A stretch of 64,000 bases of DNA from Pirellulales bacterium (GCA_963725485.1 CAVRYO010000007.1:363928-427927); one strand, 5' to 3'. Positions 18,796 to 28,857 are shown, counted from the stretch's first letter. The notes: generated from the letters alone by a model not told the origin. Numbers and translations are program-made.

Positions 18796-20351
18796 TCAAT
18801 CGCTGCGCGGCAACCACTTCGGCTTCCTCGGCCGGCGCTTCCTCGACTTCCGCAGCGGAGGCATTCTCTGTCGGCTCGGCGCGGCGCGCGGCGCAGCGGG
18901 CACCGAGCGGACAACCGACCGCAGCATGACGAGGCTGACCAGCCCCAATCCGAGCATTCCCAGCGTGCTCCACGACTGCGACAGCCAGTTCAAGCCTTGT
19001 TCGGCGATCGTTGGCGGCACGATCGGGGCGGTTGGCAAATGTTGGAACGTCATGATCGTCACCAACGGCGTCACTTCCGGCACGACGTCGGGGGGCATTG
19101 GAATCAGTTGCGACACGAAGCTCTGGATCTTTTTCTTTTCCTCTGTTTCGATTTGGCCCAAGGCGGCGGGGTCGGGTTTTTTGGCTTCGGCTCCGGCCGG
19201 GGTGGGGTTGCGCTCTTGCCAGATTTTTTCGTAGTAGCTGCTCAGCACCCCAACCGTGACGGTCACACGGCGGGGTGTTAGCCCGGCTTTCTTCGTCACC
19301 ATGTGCGTATCCGAAACCAGATTTCGCTCTTGGTGTATATTGTCATCCGTTTCGGTTTTCGGTCCGCCGCCGCTAACCGCCGCGGGTGAATTCGCCGCCA
19401 CGCCACCTTGCTGGGCCAAACCAGGACTTCGCCCCGTGGAGGAGGACGAGGTGCTCGACGTCTTCGACGTGTCGCTGACATAAATCGGCGTCGGCTTCGG
19501 ATCGACTTTGTTGTCGACCTGGTCGACTTGCAATTCGGGATTCAGTTCGACGTTCACTTCCACTGTCGCGCCGGGAATGTTGGCCAACGCGCCGCGAATT
19601 TTCTCTTCCCACTGCTTTTCATAAGTCCGCTTGGCTACGTTGTAGGGGTCGCGCTCGCCGCTGGGCGTCGCTCCCGCGGCGCCCGCCGGAAAAACCCTGC
19701 CGCTTTTCAAATCGGCCACGGCCACGCTATTGGGCTGCAAGCCCGCAATCGCGCCGGCGACCACCTGCCGGATCGTTTCGACTCGTTCCTCGTCGAGCGG
19801 CTGATTCCCTTGCGGCACGACGCTGACCGAGGCGGTGCTCGTCTGGCGACGATTAAAACCACCATCGGTTTGCACGTCGTACAACACGGCAGCGCTTTCG
19901 ATGCCGCGCATCGAGCCGATCAGCCGGGACAATTCCTTTTGCATCGAGATCTTGCGGATTTCTTGCTGTCTCGACTCGGGCAAAAATGGATTGCTGTCTT
20001 TCGCCCCAATTGCAAGATCATCGCCGAAGTTTTTTGGCAACGCATTGGCGTCGGCCAAGGCGGCCACATATGCGGTTTGCTGTCCGCTGGGAACTCGGAT
20101 TCGACCTCCCTGAACCTGATAATTGCTCAACCCGGCCTTCGCGAACGCGGCTTCCATCGCTGGCAGCTCGCTCGGGCGAAGAGCGCGCCGCTCATCAGCT
20201 CCGTATCCGGGCTCGACGACGTGTGGCCGAACAGGAATGCCAGGCTGATGACCGCGACCGCCAACAGCAATCCCGAGGCAATCCGCGCGCCCGGCGTCAT
20301 CGAGCGGAACAGGTCGCTGAGCTGCGCGAAGGCTTTATTGAGGAATTCCAT
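18796..20351 (-). pseudogene. fliF: Flagellar M-ring protein FliF, apparent 1-nt frameshift near 20170
   Basis: ORF 20127..20351 starts MEFLNKAFAQLSDLFRSMTPGARIASGLLLAVAVISLAFLF (FliF N-terminus with TM). The main ORF 18796..20157 continues in another frame from ...SELPAMEAAFAKAGLSNYQVQGGRIRVP... through to a C-terminal TM. Confidence 0.8.
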
Positions 20352-20461
20352 GGGAGCCGGTGCCGACGTTTGGTTTCAGGAATCTTGTGTAAGGTGGACC
20401 CTGCCCACCATGAAGTCACCGCGACATGTTTACTCGGTGGGCATTGCCCACCCTACGGTCC

Positions 20462-20779
20462 TTAAATGCGGATGTTCTTGAATTCGTCGTAGGCCGCCGA
20501 CAGCTTGTTGCGGATCTGCATCATCATCCGAAAGGCCAAGTCTGCTTTCTGCACCGCGGTCAGCACTTCGGCCGGGTTCACGTCGCCGCCAGTGAACAAG
20601 CCTTCGACGGCGTGATCCGCGTCGGCCTGCATCGTGTTTACTTGTTGGATCGAGTTGAGCAGGAAGTCCTTGAACGACGGCGCGCCAGCCGCATCGGCCC
20701 CCTTTGCGGCCGCAGCGCCCAGGCCGGGGTCAACCGCCGGCTGCAACGGCATGTTCGTCAGATTGCTGATCGAAGTCAT
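20462..20779 (-). CDS. fliE: Flagellar hook-basal body complex protein FliE
   Basis: 105 aa; FKDFLLNSIQQVNTMQADADHAVEGLFTGGDVNPAEVLTAVQKADLAFRMMMQIRNKLSAAYDEFKNI matches FliE. Confidence 0.85.
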   Translation of the reverse strand: MTSISNLTNMPLQPAVDPGLGAAAAKGADAAGAPSFKDFLLNSIQQVNTMQADADHAVEGLFTGGDVNPAEVLTAVQKADLAFRMMMQIRNKLSAAYDEFKNIRI

Positions 20780-20794
20780 GAATCACCCGCAAGC

Positions 20795-20940
20795 TAGTGC
20801 TTTGTCAACGCTTGATTCTGGGATTGTGAGCCACTGGCTTTGCCAGTGATTTTGGAATTCTTGCCTTGATCATTCAGCAACAAAGAACACTGGCAAAGCC
20901 AGTGGCACCCCAAACTCAAGCTGTGACAATGCACTAGTTT
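20795..20940. mobile_element. MITE-like element (~146 bp), full copy, between fliE and flgC
   Basis: Terminal inverted repeats ctagtgctttgtcaacgctt / agctgtgacaatgcactag; internal palindromes cactggctttgccagtg and cactggcaaagccagtggca. About 85-90% identical to the reverse complement of the copy at 61865-62015. No transposase is encoded in it. Confidence 0.6.
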
Positions 20941-20957
20941 CTCCGCGATGCACGGCA

Positions 20958-21065
20958 CGAATTCGTGTTGTTGTGTCGTCGCGCCTGAAAAAGGGGGACA
21001 GGCACCGAGCGGCGGAGCGAAAACCAGTGGCGAACTCGTAGGGTGCTCGGAGCCAGTCCCCTTTT
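20958..21065. repeat. Family-2 hairpin repeat (aaaaagggggacaggcac ... gagccagtcccctttttca)
   Basis: Long imperfect inverted repeat; further copies at 28043-28125 and, inverted, at 53998-54088. Confidence 0.55.
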
Positions 21066-21075
21066 TCATCCAACG

Positions 21076-21498
21076 TTATCCAAGGATTTTCAACGTTTGT
21101 GCGAACATGCTTTTACTGGCCTCGATCACGCCGACGTTGGCTTCGTAAGCCCGGGTGGCGGTCAGCGAGTCGACGAATTCGGTCGTCATATCGATGTCGG
21201 GATAGGCCACATAGCCCTTGTGCGGGCCTTCGGTCTGCGCGTCGGGATGGCCCGGCTGGAAGCGCCAGCGGGGCGGCTTCTGCGAGATCTCGACCGAATC
21301 GACCTTCACGCCCATCGCGCCTTCGGGCGAGCCCACTTCTTCATCCGGTTTGAACACCACGAACCGGGCTTGGTAGGGAACCGAGGCGCCGGTTTCATCG
21401 CGCGTGGTGGAAATATGCGCGATGTTGCTGGAGATCGCGTCCAAGCGAATTCGCTGAGCGACCAGAGCGCTGGTGCTGATGTCCATCGAAGCGAACAT
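21076..21498 (-). CDS. flgC: Flagellar basal-body rod protein FlgC
   Basis: 140 aa; MFASMDISTSALVAQRIRLDAISSNIAHISTTRDETG and C-terminal LTATRAYEANVGVIEASKSMFAQTLKI. Confidence 0.9.
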   Translation of the reverse strand: MFASMDISTSALVAQRIRLDAISSNIAHISTTRDETGASVPYQARFVVFKPDEEVGSPEGAMGVKVDSVEISQKPPRWRFQPGHPDAQTEGPHKGYVAYPDIDMTTEFVDSLTATRAYEANVGVIEASKSMFAQTLKILG

Positions 21499-21620
21499 AC
21501 GACTTCCTTGTCGTGAGGGGTTGTCGGCGAGTCTTGATTACTACAATTTTTTCTCGCGTTCCGGTTCCAGGGCTGCCGATGATGTTGGCCGCGTGGGCGG
21601 CGTTTCTCATCTGCCCTTCG

Positions 21621-22055
21621 TTAAGGCCGTTCGCTGATCGCGGCTTCCAGCGAATGAAACTGGGAGGTCAACAGCGTCAAGGCGAGATTGAACTGCATTT
21701 GGTTCTTGGTCAACTCCAATGCCTGATGTTCCAGATCGATGTTGGTGCCATCGTGGTACACGAGCGTATGAGTTTCGTCGGCCACTGCTTTGAAAGCATC
21801 GTCGGTGGCCGAGGGCACTCCGGCTGCCCCAGCCGCTCCGCCCGCGCCCCCCAAAGCCGTGGCTTCGGCAACGCCGCTGTGACTGACGGCAATCGCCTCC
21901 TTCAATCGCTGCTGGAACTGCGCCGGCGACAAATCACGAGCGCGGTAGCCAGGCGTGTCCAAATTCGCAATGTTGCCGGCCAGCACGGCGTGCCGGGCCT
22001 GCGTGAAATTCACCACCTGCTCCAAAACCGGAGCGTCGAACATGGTCGGAAGCAT
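21621..22055 (-). CDS. flgB: Flagellar basal-body rod protein FlgB
   Basis: 144 aa; VLAGNIANLDTPGYRARDL; C-terminal ALELTKNQMQFNLALTLLTSQFHSLEAAI. Confidence 0.85.
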   Translation of the reverse strand: MLPTMFDAPVLEQVVNFTQARHAVLAGNIANLDTPGYRARDLSPAQFQQRLKEAIAVSHSGVAEATALGGAGGAAGAAGVPSATDDAFKAVADETHTLVYHDGTNIDLEHQALELTKNQMQFNLALTLLTSQFHSLEAAISERP

Positions 22056-22139
22056 GGCTTTCGTGTTGTTCGTTGGGCTCCCCCCTGCTCCACCGCCAAA
22101 TTCACCGCCAACTCAGCCGCTGATTCTGCCGCTTGGTAA

Positions 22140-22155
22140 GGCAAGTCGCATGCCA
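22140..22155 (-). promoter_or_regulatory. Putative sigma-54 (-24/-12) promoter upstream of flgB
   Basis: The minus strand reads TGGCATgcgacTTGCC (GG-N10-GC spacing, consensus TGGCAC-N5-TTGCW) ~85 nt upstream of the flgB ATG; the adjacent upstream gene encodes a sigma-54-dependent activator. Confidence 0.5.
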
Positions 22156-22199
22156 GGATAACGTCATGTCCTAGTGATCGCTGGGCACTCGAACGGCAA

Positions 22200-23783
22200 T
22201 CATGCGTAAGCCTCGTGGTTTATGGTGCTTGCCGATCCAGGCCGAGTGGTCGCCAATCGTCCGCTGTTTCGTCGTCCCGCGACAAGGCGCCGATCAACCG
22301 GCAATTTCTGCGCTTGCCGATCGGCAATTTCTGCCGTTTGGAGTATGTAGTTATGCCGCCTCTCGTCCTTCCGCGACCAGATTTTTGCCCGCGGGGCGTA
22401 GCCGTATGCCCGCAACTTCCCTGACAAGGTGCGGATGCCGATCCCCAGCGCATGCGCGGTCTTTGCCCGATGGCCGTTGAAGCGTTCCAGCGTTGCTTCG
22501 ATCAGCTTGCGTTCCATGTCGTCCAGATTCAGGCTCGCGGACAGGGTTGGGCCCGTCGCGTGGTTCATCTGCTGCGGAATCGTCAGCCAATCGCGCAGCT
22601 CGTCGGCCGAGATCGACAGCCCCAAGTTCAATACGCTCGCCCGGGTTATGATATTTTCGAGTTCACGGATATTCCCCGGCCAATGATAGTGCGACAACAG
22701 GTCGACTGCCGCGGCGTCGATCTGGCACGGCGCGCGATTCAAGCGAATCGCGGCGCGGCTGAGGAAGTGCTCGATCAGCTCCGGGATATCCTCGGGCCGC
22801 TGGCGCAGCGGCGGAACTTTCAGCGGCAGGACCGCCAGGCGATAGAACAGGTCTTCGCGGAACCGTCCGGCGGAAACCTCGTCGCGCAAATTGCGGTTGG
22901 TCGTGGCCAGCACGCGGACGTCGACGTCGCGCGTCGTGCTCGAGCCGACGCGTTCGAAAGTCCGCTCTTGCAACACGCGCAACAGCTTCGCTTGCAGTGG
23001 CAGATCAATCTCGGTGATTTCGTCCAGCAGGATCGTGCCGCCATCGGACAGTTCGAAGCGGCCCGTGCGTGGGCTGTCGGCCCCGGTGAATGCGCCGCGT
23101 TCGTGGCCGAATAACTCGCTTTCCATCAAATGGGCCGAGAGCACGGGACAATTCAGGCTCACCAGCGGAGCGCCGCTGCGCGGACTGGCGGCATGCACGG
23201 CCCGGGCGACGAGTTCCTTGCCGGTGCCGCTCTCGCCGCTGATCAGCACGGTTTCCGCCGTGGCGCCCACCTGGGCGATGCGCGTCCGCAGGGCTTGCAT
23301 CAATTGGCTGGAGCCGATCATCACCGGCGGGCCAGCGCTGCCGGTCGCTTCCAAACCCTGGCGGCGGTCCAGCATGCGGCCATGCTGAATCGCGCGGGCC
23401 ACGAGTTGTTCGAGCCGGTCCACATCCAATGGCTTTTCGATGTAGTCGAACGCCCCATGCCGCATGGCGTCGACAGCCGACGAAACCGAGGCGTGGGCGG
23501 TGATCATCACCACTTGGGCCCCGTGCGGACGCCGCTCGAGATGGTGCAACAATTCCAGGCCGGTCATGCCCGGCATTTGCAGATCGGTGATGATCACGTC
23601 GAAGCTTTCGCGCTCGAGCATCTTGAGCGCTTCGACGGCGCTGGCCAGGCATTCGACCTGATGGCCCGTTTGCCGCAGCACGTCGGCGATTGATTCGCGG
23701 GCCTGAGCATGGTCGTCGACGACCAGCACCCGGCCCGCGGTCTGTGCGGCACTTTGCGGCAGCGTGCAAGGTTTGCTGGTCAT
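22200..23783 (-). CDS. Sigma-54-dependent response regulator (receiver, AAA+ and HTH domains; FlrC/FleR/FlbD-like)
   Basis: Receiver LVVDDHAQARESIADVL...ITDLQMPGMTGLELL; AAA+ GESGTGKELVARAVH, GAFTGA, GTILLDEITEIDLPLQAKLLRVLQER (GAFTGA motif, sigma-54 contact); C-terminal HTH. Its start ATG overlaps the kinase stop (ATGA). It has a ~60-aa C-terminal extension beyond the HTH. Confidence 0.85.
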   Translation of the reverse strand: MTSKPCTLPQSAAQTAGRVLVVDDHAQARESIADVLRQTGHQVECLASAVEALKMLERESFDVIITDLQMPGMTGLELLHHLERRPHGAQVVMITAHASVSSAVDAMRHGAFDYIEKPLDVDRLEQLVARAIQHGRMLDRRQGLEATGSAGPPVMIGSSQLMQALRTRIAQVGATAETVLISGESGTGKELVARAVHAASPRSGAPLVSLNCPVLSAHLMESELFGHERGAFTGADSPRTGRFELSDGGTILLDEITEIDLPLQAKLLRVLQERTFERVGSSTTRDVDVRVLATTNRNLRDEVSAGRFREDLFYRLAVLPLKVPPLRQRPEDIPELIEHFLSRAAIRLNRAPCQIDAAAVDLLSHYHWPGNIRELENIITRASVLNLGLSISADELRDWLTIPQQMNHATGPTLSASLNLDDMERKLIEATLERFNGHRAKTAHALGIGIRTLSGKLRAYGYAPRAKIWSRKDERRHNYILQTAEIADRQAQKLPVDRRLVAGRRNSGRLATTRPGSASTINHEAYA

Positions 23784-24638
23784 GCGGCGGCCTCCAGGCG
23801 ACGTGATGGAATATGCAGGGTGAAGGCGGCGCCTCCCTCGGGGCAATTGGCTGCGTGGATCCGGCCGCCATGAACCTCGGCGATCCGTTCGACGATGGCG
23901 AGGCCCAGTCCTGTGCCGTGGCTCTTGGTGGTGAAGAATGGCTCGAACGCGCGGCGGCGAACTTGCTCCGAAAGACCCGGACCGCTGTCGGCCACTTCAA
24001 TCTCCAAGCCGCGCGGACCAGCGTGCGACGTGACCACGACCTCGCCGCCGTCGGGCATGACATCCAAGGCATTCAAGAACAGATTCAAGATCGCGCGGCG
24101 GATCATGTCCCGGTCGGCTGAAACTCGTTGACCCACAGGAACGTCCACGAAGGAGGTAATCGCCTGGGCGGCAAATTGCGGCGCCAGCGCGCCAAGCACA
24201 TCCTCGACTAATTCGCGGACGTCGAGCAATTGCCAGCGTGGATCGCGGTCGGCGGTGAATTGCAGCAGGTCGTTGACCGTGGCGTCCAAGGCTGTGAAGC
24301 CGGCGGCAATTTTCTCCACCAGATCGCGCGAGCCGGTGTCGTCGGCCAGTCGCCGCCGCAGCAGACTCAAGTAAAGCGTTACCGGGACCAGACTATTCCG
24401 GACTTCGTGGGCGATGTGCGACGCCATTTGACCCAGATCGGCCAGTCGGTTCTTACGGGCCAGCTCGCGGTTCTTGATCTCCAATTCGTGTGTTAAGCCG
24501 CTGCACTTCGGCGCGCAGCGTTTCGTGCGTCTGTTCCAATCGCACCGTCGCCCCATGCCACGCGGCCAGCACGGTGTGCAGATCGGCATTATCCGGCGTT
24601 GGGGAGATCTCGCCGGGATCAAAGAGAGATAAGGTCAT
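23780..24638 (-). pseudogene. Sensor histidine kinase (HisKA and HATPase_c), partner of the sigma-54 regulator; apparent frameshift near 24497
   Basis: ORF 24453..24638 starts MTLSLFDPGEISPTPDNADLHTVLAAWHGATVRLEQTHETLRAEVQRLNT; the main ORF continues in another frame as HELEIKNRELARKNRLADLGQMASHIAHEVRNSLVPV (H-box), ending with G1/G2 boxes (GTGLGL). Confidence 0.8.
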
Positions 24639-24815
24639 GGACTCGTTCCTAGTCCGCGTTGTTGTATCTGAGTCGGGATCGTGAGTTGGCTAAAACTATC
24701 GATTAGACGCCGGAGGAAAGATCGAGTTGCCGCGGTTCGGCGCCGCCGACGTGCGGGATATAGGCGCTGGCGAATCTGTGCAGCATGGTGAATTCCTTCC
24801 AAGCGGGTTGCCGCT

Positions 24816-25214
24816 TCATCGCGGCGCGATGCGCATTTGCGTTTCGCTGCGTTGTTCCATTTGCACGACTTCCGCCAGGAGCGAGTTGCATTGCTCGGCC
24901 AGATCGGCGCAGCGTTGCCGATCGGCCGCGGTTCGCCACAGTCGCCGCTCGGGATCCTCGCGGCGGAAGGGACTCAACTCTCGCTCGAGTGCGTGTAATG
25001 CGCCCAGCAACCGCTGCTTGCTCGCCAAAAGTTTCAGGAGCAATGTCATGTCGCCGCCCGCGATCAAGGCAAGTTGCTGTCGCCCGACATCGCGCATTTG
25101 CATCAACAAGCCGTGCTTGCGGACGACCAATCGCGACAGGTTGTCGGTAGCCGAAAAATCCATTGCAAGCCTTGCGCGTGCGGATTCCTTCACCAGCCAG
25201 CTATAGCTCTGCAT
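24816..25214 (-). CDS. Hypothetical protein, possibly a FlgN/FliT-like flagellar chaperone
   Basis: 132 aa, helical, Leu/Gln/Arg-rich (LLMQMRDVGRQQLALIAGGDMTLLLKLLASKQRLLGALHALERELSPF). Weak similarity in pattern to FlgN, and it lies next to the flagellar regulators. Confidence 0.3.
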   Translation of the reverse strand: MQSYSWLVKESARARLAMDFSATDNLSRLVVRKHGLLMQMRDVGRQQLALIAGGDMTLLLKLLASKQRLLGALHALERELSPFRREDPERRLWRTAADRQRCADLAEQCNSLLAEVVQMEQRSETQMRIAPR

Positions 25215-27676
25215 ACCAATCCAGCATGTGAAGCCACTCTTCGCGCGTCATATTTGTCGTCGCTTTGAAATTCGCGTCGGCGGGAATTCGGGTCAGGATG
25301 ACTTTGGCCTGAGCCAGCGTGCCGCGGGCTTCTTCCGGCTTGCCCAGCCGTCGGTAGCAGGCGGCAATTTGCACCAGCGCTTCGAGCACTTCTGGCTCAT
25401 GTTGGTAATGATTCATGGCTGCGGAATACGCGCGGATAGCGTCTTCGAAGCGGTTGAGTTGGAACAGCGCCTCGCTACGGGCAAAGTAGCAATTCCGCAG
25501 GATCGCTCGGTCCGAAGGCTCGAGATCGGCTTGTTCCTGCCGCCGCGTCAGGATGTCCTGCACCTTGTCGTACTGCGCGATGGCGGAGCTCAACAATTGC
25601 TGCATTTGCTTATAGTGAGCGATCCGCGAGGTTTCGATCGTGTCGTTGTCGAGCCGCTCGCGCGGGACACGGGCGCTGCGGCGATACGATTCGGCGGCGA
25701 AATATCGGGCCTGGATTAAATCGGGCGAGTCGGGATAGCGCTCGACGAACTCTTCCAACCGCGGGATCGCCTCGTCGTCGCGGTCGGCGTTGTGCAACAG
25801 CGCGCCGTATGCGAACAGCGAATCGCGCCATTCGGAACTCTCAGGCGTCAGATAGCCATCTTCCAGATTCGCGCGTAACAGACGCTCGGCCTCCTTCGGG
25901 TTGCCTTTGGCCAGATAACACTTGGCCGCGAGCAAACGGGCTTCGTAGCTCGCCGAGTCGGTCGAGAATGTGGTGATGCATTCATTCAGGCTGTCCAGCG
26001 CCTGATCGAACTTTTCAGCGCCAATTCGGCTGCGCCCAAATCCAGCAGCGCCGCGGCCGGCGGCGGCGCAGCTCGTAGCGTAGATATTCGTCGAGCATGC
26101 GCATGGCTCCACGAAAATCGTGCCCTTTCAACAGGCATTCGGCGCTATTCCAGACATCGTCGGGATAGGCCCGCGTGGCCATTTGCAAAGCCGCCAGCTC
26201 CGCATAGGCGGCCCCGGCCGCGCGAAGTTGCCGGCGTGATTGCCGCGCCAACTCGCGCCCTTCGGAGCCCGGGGCTCGGTCGGCCTGTTCGGCCAACGTC
26301 ACCGCCCAAGACTGTTCGGCTTGGGCCGTCAACTCGGATTGCCGTGCGCGAGGAAAGACCGGATGGAGCACGCCGGACAGTTCGATTGCCTGGGCAAACC
26401 GGCCGGCCTTCGTATAGTTTTCGTATGCGGTCTCCAAGCGTTGAACGATGTCGCTCAGCGCCAGCAGCGGATTGTGGAATTCGGCCGGATCGCCCACCGC
26501 CGCCACGGCCTGGCGATACGCGGCAATCGATGCTTCATCCTGACCAAGACGCCGCAGGAGTTCGGCTTCCTGAAACGCCGCGGCCTCGCCTTCGAAGCTC
26601 TCGGGATACCCCTGATGCACACGATGGAATTGATCGAGCGCGGCTCGCACGTCGTCGAGGGCCAAAAAGCATTCGCCGATCAGGTACATCGACTGTGGCA
26701 CGATGCGTTCGGCCGAGCTGCCGCGATTTTGCGCCTGGCGGAGCGTGTTGATCGCCTCCTGATACTTTTGCTCGATGGCCCGGCGTTGCTCGGCCGTGGG
26801 CTCGGCGGGCGAATCGGCTTTCAACTTCGCCGCGGCTTGCATCAGCAATTGACCGCGCAACACGATCGCGTCGGCGAACGAATTGGAATCCGGCGGAATT
26901 TCCGCCAGCAGTTTCAGGCACTCCGCTTTGTTGCCGCTCTTGAATAGAATCTGGCCCTTCAGCAACAAGCCTTCGAACCGCTGTCGCCGCGAGAGTTGGC
27001 CATCGGCGAGAAACTGTTCCACATGAGCCATCGCCTGCTTGACCGCGACGGGCGACCCGGAAAGATACGCTTTTGCCGCCAGCCAATGGATTTCCGTGGC
27101 CTTTTGGGGTTCGACCGCCAGCGATTGTTCAAGCACCGTTCGGCTGGCCTCGTATTGCCGGCTGAGGCACAGGCTCTTGCCTCGCAAAAACAACGCTTCG
27201 CCTTTGCGGCCGGGGGCACACCGCGGTGCTGGGCCTCGTCGAGATACCGGGCCGCCAGCAGGTAGTAGCGTCGTTGATCTTCGTCCCAGAGCGTGTCGGC
27301 CTCGTTGGCCGCCGCGGCTCCCAAGACAAAACTGGGGCCGCCGGTCTCATCGGCCGAGAGCGCGTCCTGATCGCGAGCCAGCAGCGCCAAACGCTTGGCC
27401 TCGGTATAGTCGCCCCGATCGAGTGCCATCAGCGCCGCGGGAAGATGCCGCGGGCGCGGGGTCGCTTTGGCGGAGACGGGCGCGGGCGGCTTCAGCTTCA
27501 GCCAGATAAATGCAACGCCGACATTCAACAGAATCATCGCGGCGCCGACGAATATCGCCACCTGCTTGCGAGACGGCTTTTTCTTCAGCGCGCCGAGCGC
27601 GGCAAAAAAAGGAGCTAAGACTGCGCCGCGGCAACGGTGCGCGCTCAGGTTCAGGCTGCGATGACTTCCGTTCCAT
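25201..27676 (-). pseudogene. Large TPR-repeat protein (~820 aa), N-terminal TM, with at least three apparent frameshifts (~26050, ~27200, ~27600)
   Basis: Three consecutive overlapping ORFs (26959..27876, 26015..27193, 25201..26112) plus 27347..27676 all read as parts of one protein: an N-terminal TM (VAIFVGAAMILLNVGVAFIWL), then long TPR arrays (AYLSGSP..., EAAFQEAELLRRLGQDEASIAAYRQ..., CYLAKGNPKEAERLL..., ACYRRLGKPEEARGTLAQAK). Confidence 0.6.
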
Positions 27677-27924
27677 CGTGATTCCGTGCGCTCGGCATCC
27701 TTGCCGGGCAAAGTGCGACGTTTTCCGCCAGCGGCTTGAGCACCGCGATTTTGAGTCGCCGGCGCCGGCCGTTTGCGGATTTTCCCTTCGGCCGAATGTC
27801 GACGGCCACGAACGGGCAATTTACAAGACGAGAATAATCGGGCGGGGTTTGTACCGCAAAGATAGCGATCGGTCAATGCGCGTTGAGTGCGCGAGAATGC
27901 CGCTTAAACGGTGGAGCATCGCAA

Positions 27925-28035
27925 ACCAGATTAACTGCCTATCCGAGAACCGGCCGAGGAGAGGGGACAGGCACATTTTGCTCCCAGGGCACCGCAAAAT
28001 GAGCCAGTCCCCGCCCGGTTCTCGGATGGGCTCTA
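27925..28035. repeat. Second copy of the long hairpin repeat seen at 6100-6215
   Basis: ccgagaaccggccgaggagaggggacaggcacattttgc ... gcaaaatgagccagtccccgcccggttctcgg. Confidence 0.5.
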
Positions 28036-28042
28036 ACTGCCT

Positions 28043-28125
28043 GTTGAAAAAGGGGACAGGCACTTCGCGGCGACGTCAAAACTTCGGCAAATTTGCTCGG
28101 TCGCTCAGAGCCAGTCCCCTTTTTC
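28043..28125. repeat. Family-2 hairpin repeat copy
   Basis: ttgaaaaaggggacaggcac ... gagccagtcccctttttcaa. Confidence 0.55.
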
Positions 28126-28192
28126 AACGGGCTGCTAAGCCCAGGGATAGGCCCATTCCTGGGCTGGGATGTAACCAGTGCCCGAAGAGGCC

Positions 28193-28857
28193 GTTATCCC
28201 TCGCTGCGGGCTTCTTCGCTCCGCGGCGATTCGATCGAGGTGATTTGTTCCATCACCCAGCGGTCCATGTCCGCTAGCATGTGGGCCGTCAGGGCGTCGT
28301 CGCCAGGATACTCGCGCAGCACGATCGACATGCCGGCAGTGTGTAGCAACCGCAAATCGTCGCATACGATCGGCGTGGGATAGTTTCGACTCGCGCGTGC
28401 AAGTTACAAACACGGCCAACCGCCGGGCTGCTTGCAGTTGAGCCAGCGGAGCGCGGCCCGTCGGCAACGGGCCGCCGAACGAGAGCACACCAGCCACATC
28501 CCGCGGATTGTTCAGCGCCATTCGAAACGCCATCGTGCCGCCGCAGCCGTAGCCGGCCAAAAACACGCGATGACTGGCAACATTAAACCGCTGGCTCGCG
28601 GCTTCGATACACTCCGCGACACGCTCATCGGCCGCTTGAATGTGCTCGTCGCTTTGCCGCCAATGAAAGCCGCCTCCGGACGATTCGGCCGTTCCCCTAG
28701 CCGCGACCGCCACATAATTCCGCAGGCTGATCATCGGCATGATCCGTTTCAACTGCTGTTCGCTATCCCCGGGACCATGCAGCCAGACGATCAGCGGATA
28801 GGCGTAATTCGCCTCGTAGTGCAACGGACCGAACACCGCATAGGGGGCTCCGGCCAA
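28193..28857 (-). pseudogene. Alpha/beta hydrolase, phospholipase/carboxylesterase family; apparent frameshift near 28385
   Basis: YPLIVWLHGPGDSEQQLKRI and VFLAGYGCGGTMAF (nucleophile elbow G-x-G-x-G). After ...VFVTCTRES the protein resumes in the -1 frame as NYPTPIVCDDLRLLHTAGMSIVLREYPGDDALTAHMLADMDRWVMEQI..., ending at 28193. Confidence 0.65.

Noticed and set aside
25201-27876. Separate TPR genes plus a 305-aa protein starting at 27876 (MTDRY…)
   Set aside because: The upstream 27876 start lies in garbled-frame sequence. A cleaner N-terminus (MERKSSQPEPERAPLPRRSLSSFF… then TM) is found in ORF 27347..27676, and all pieces are contiguous parts of one TPR protein.
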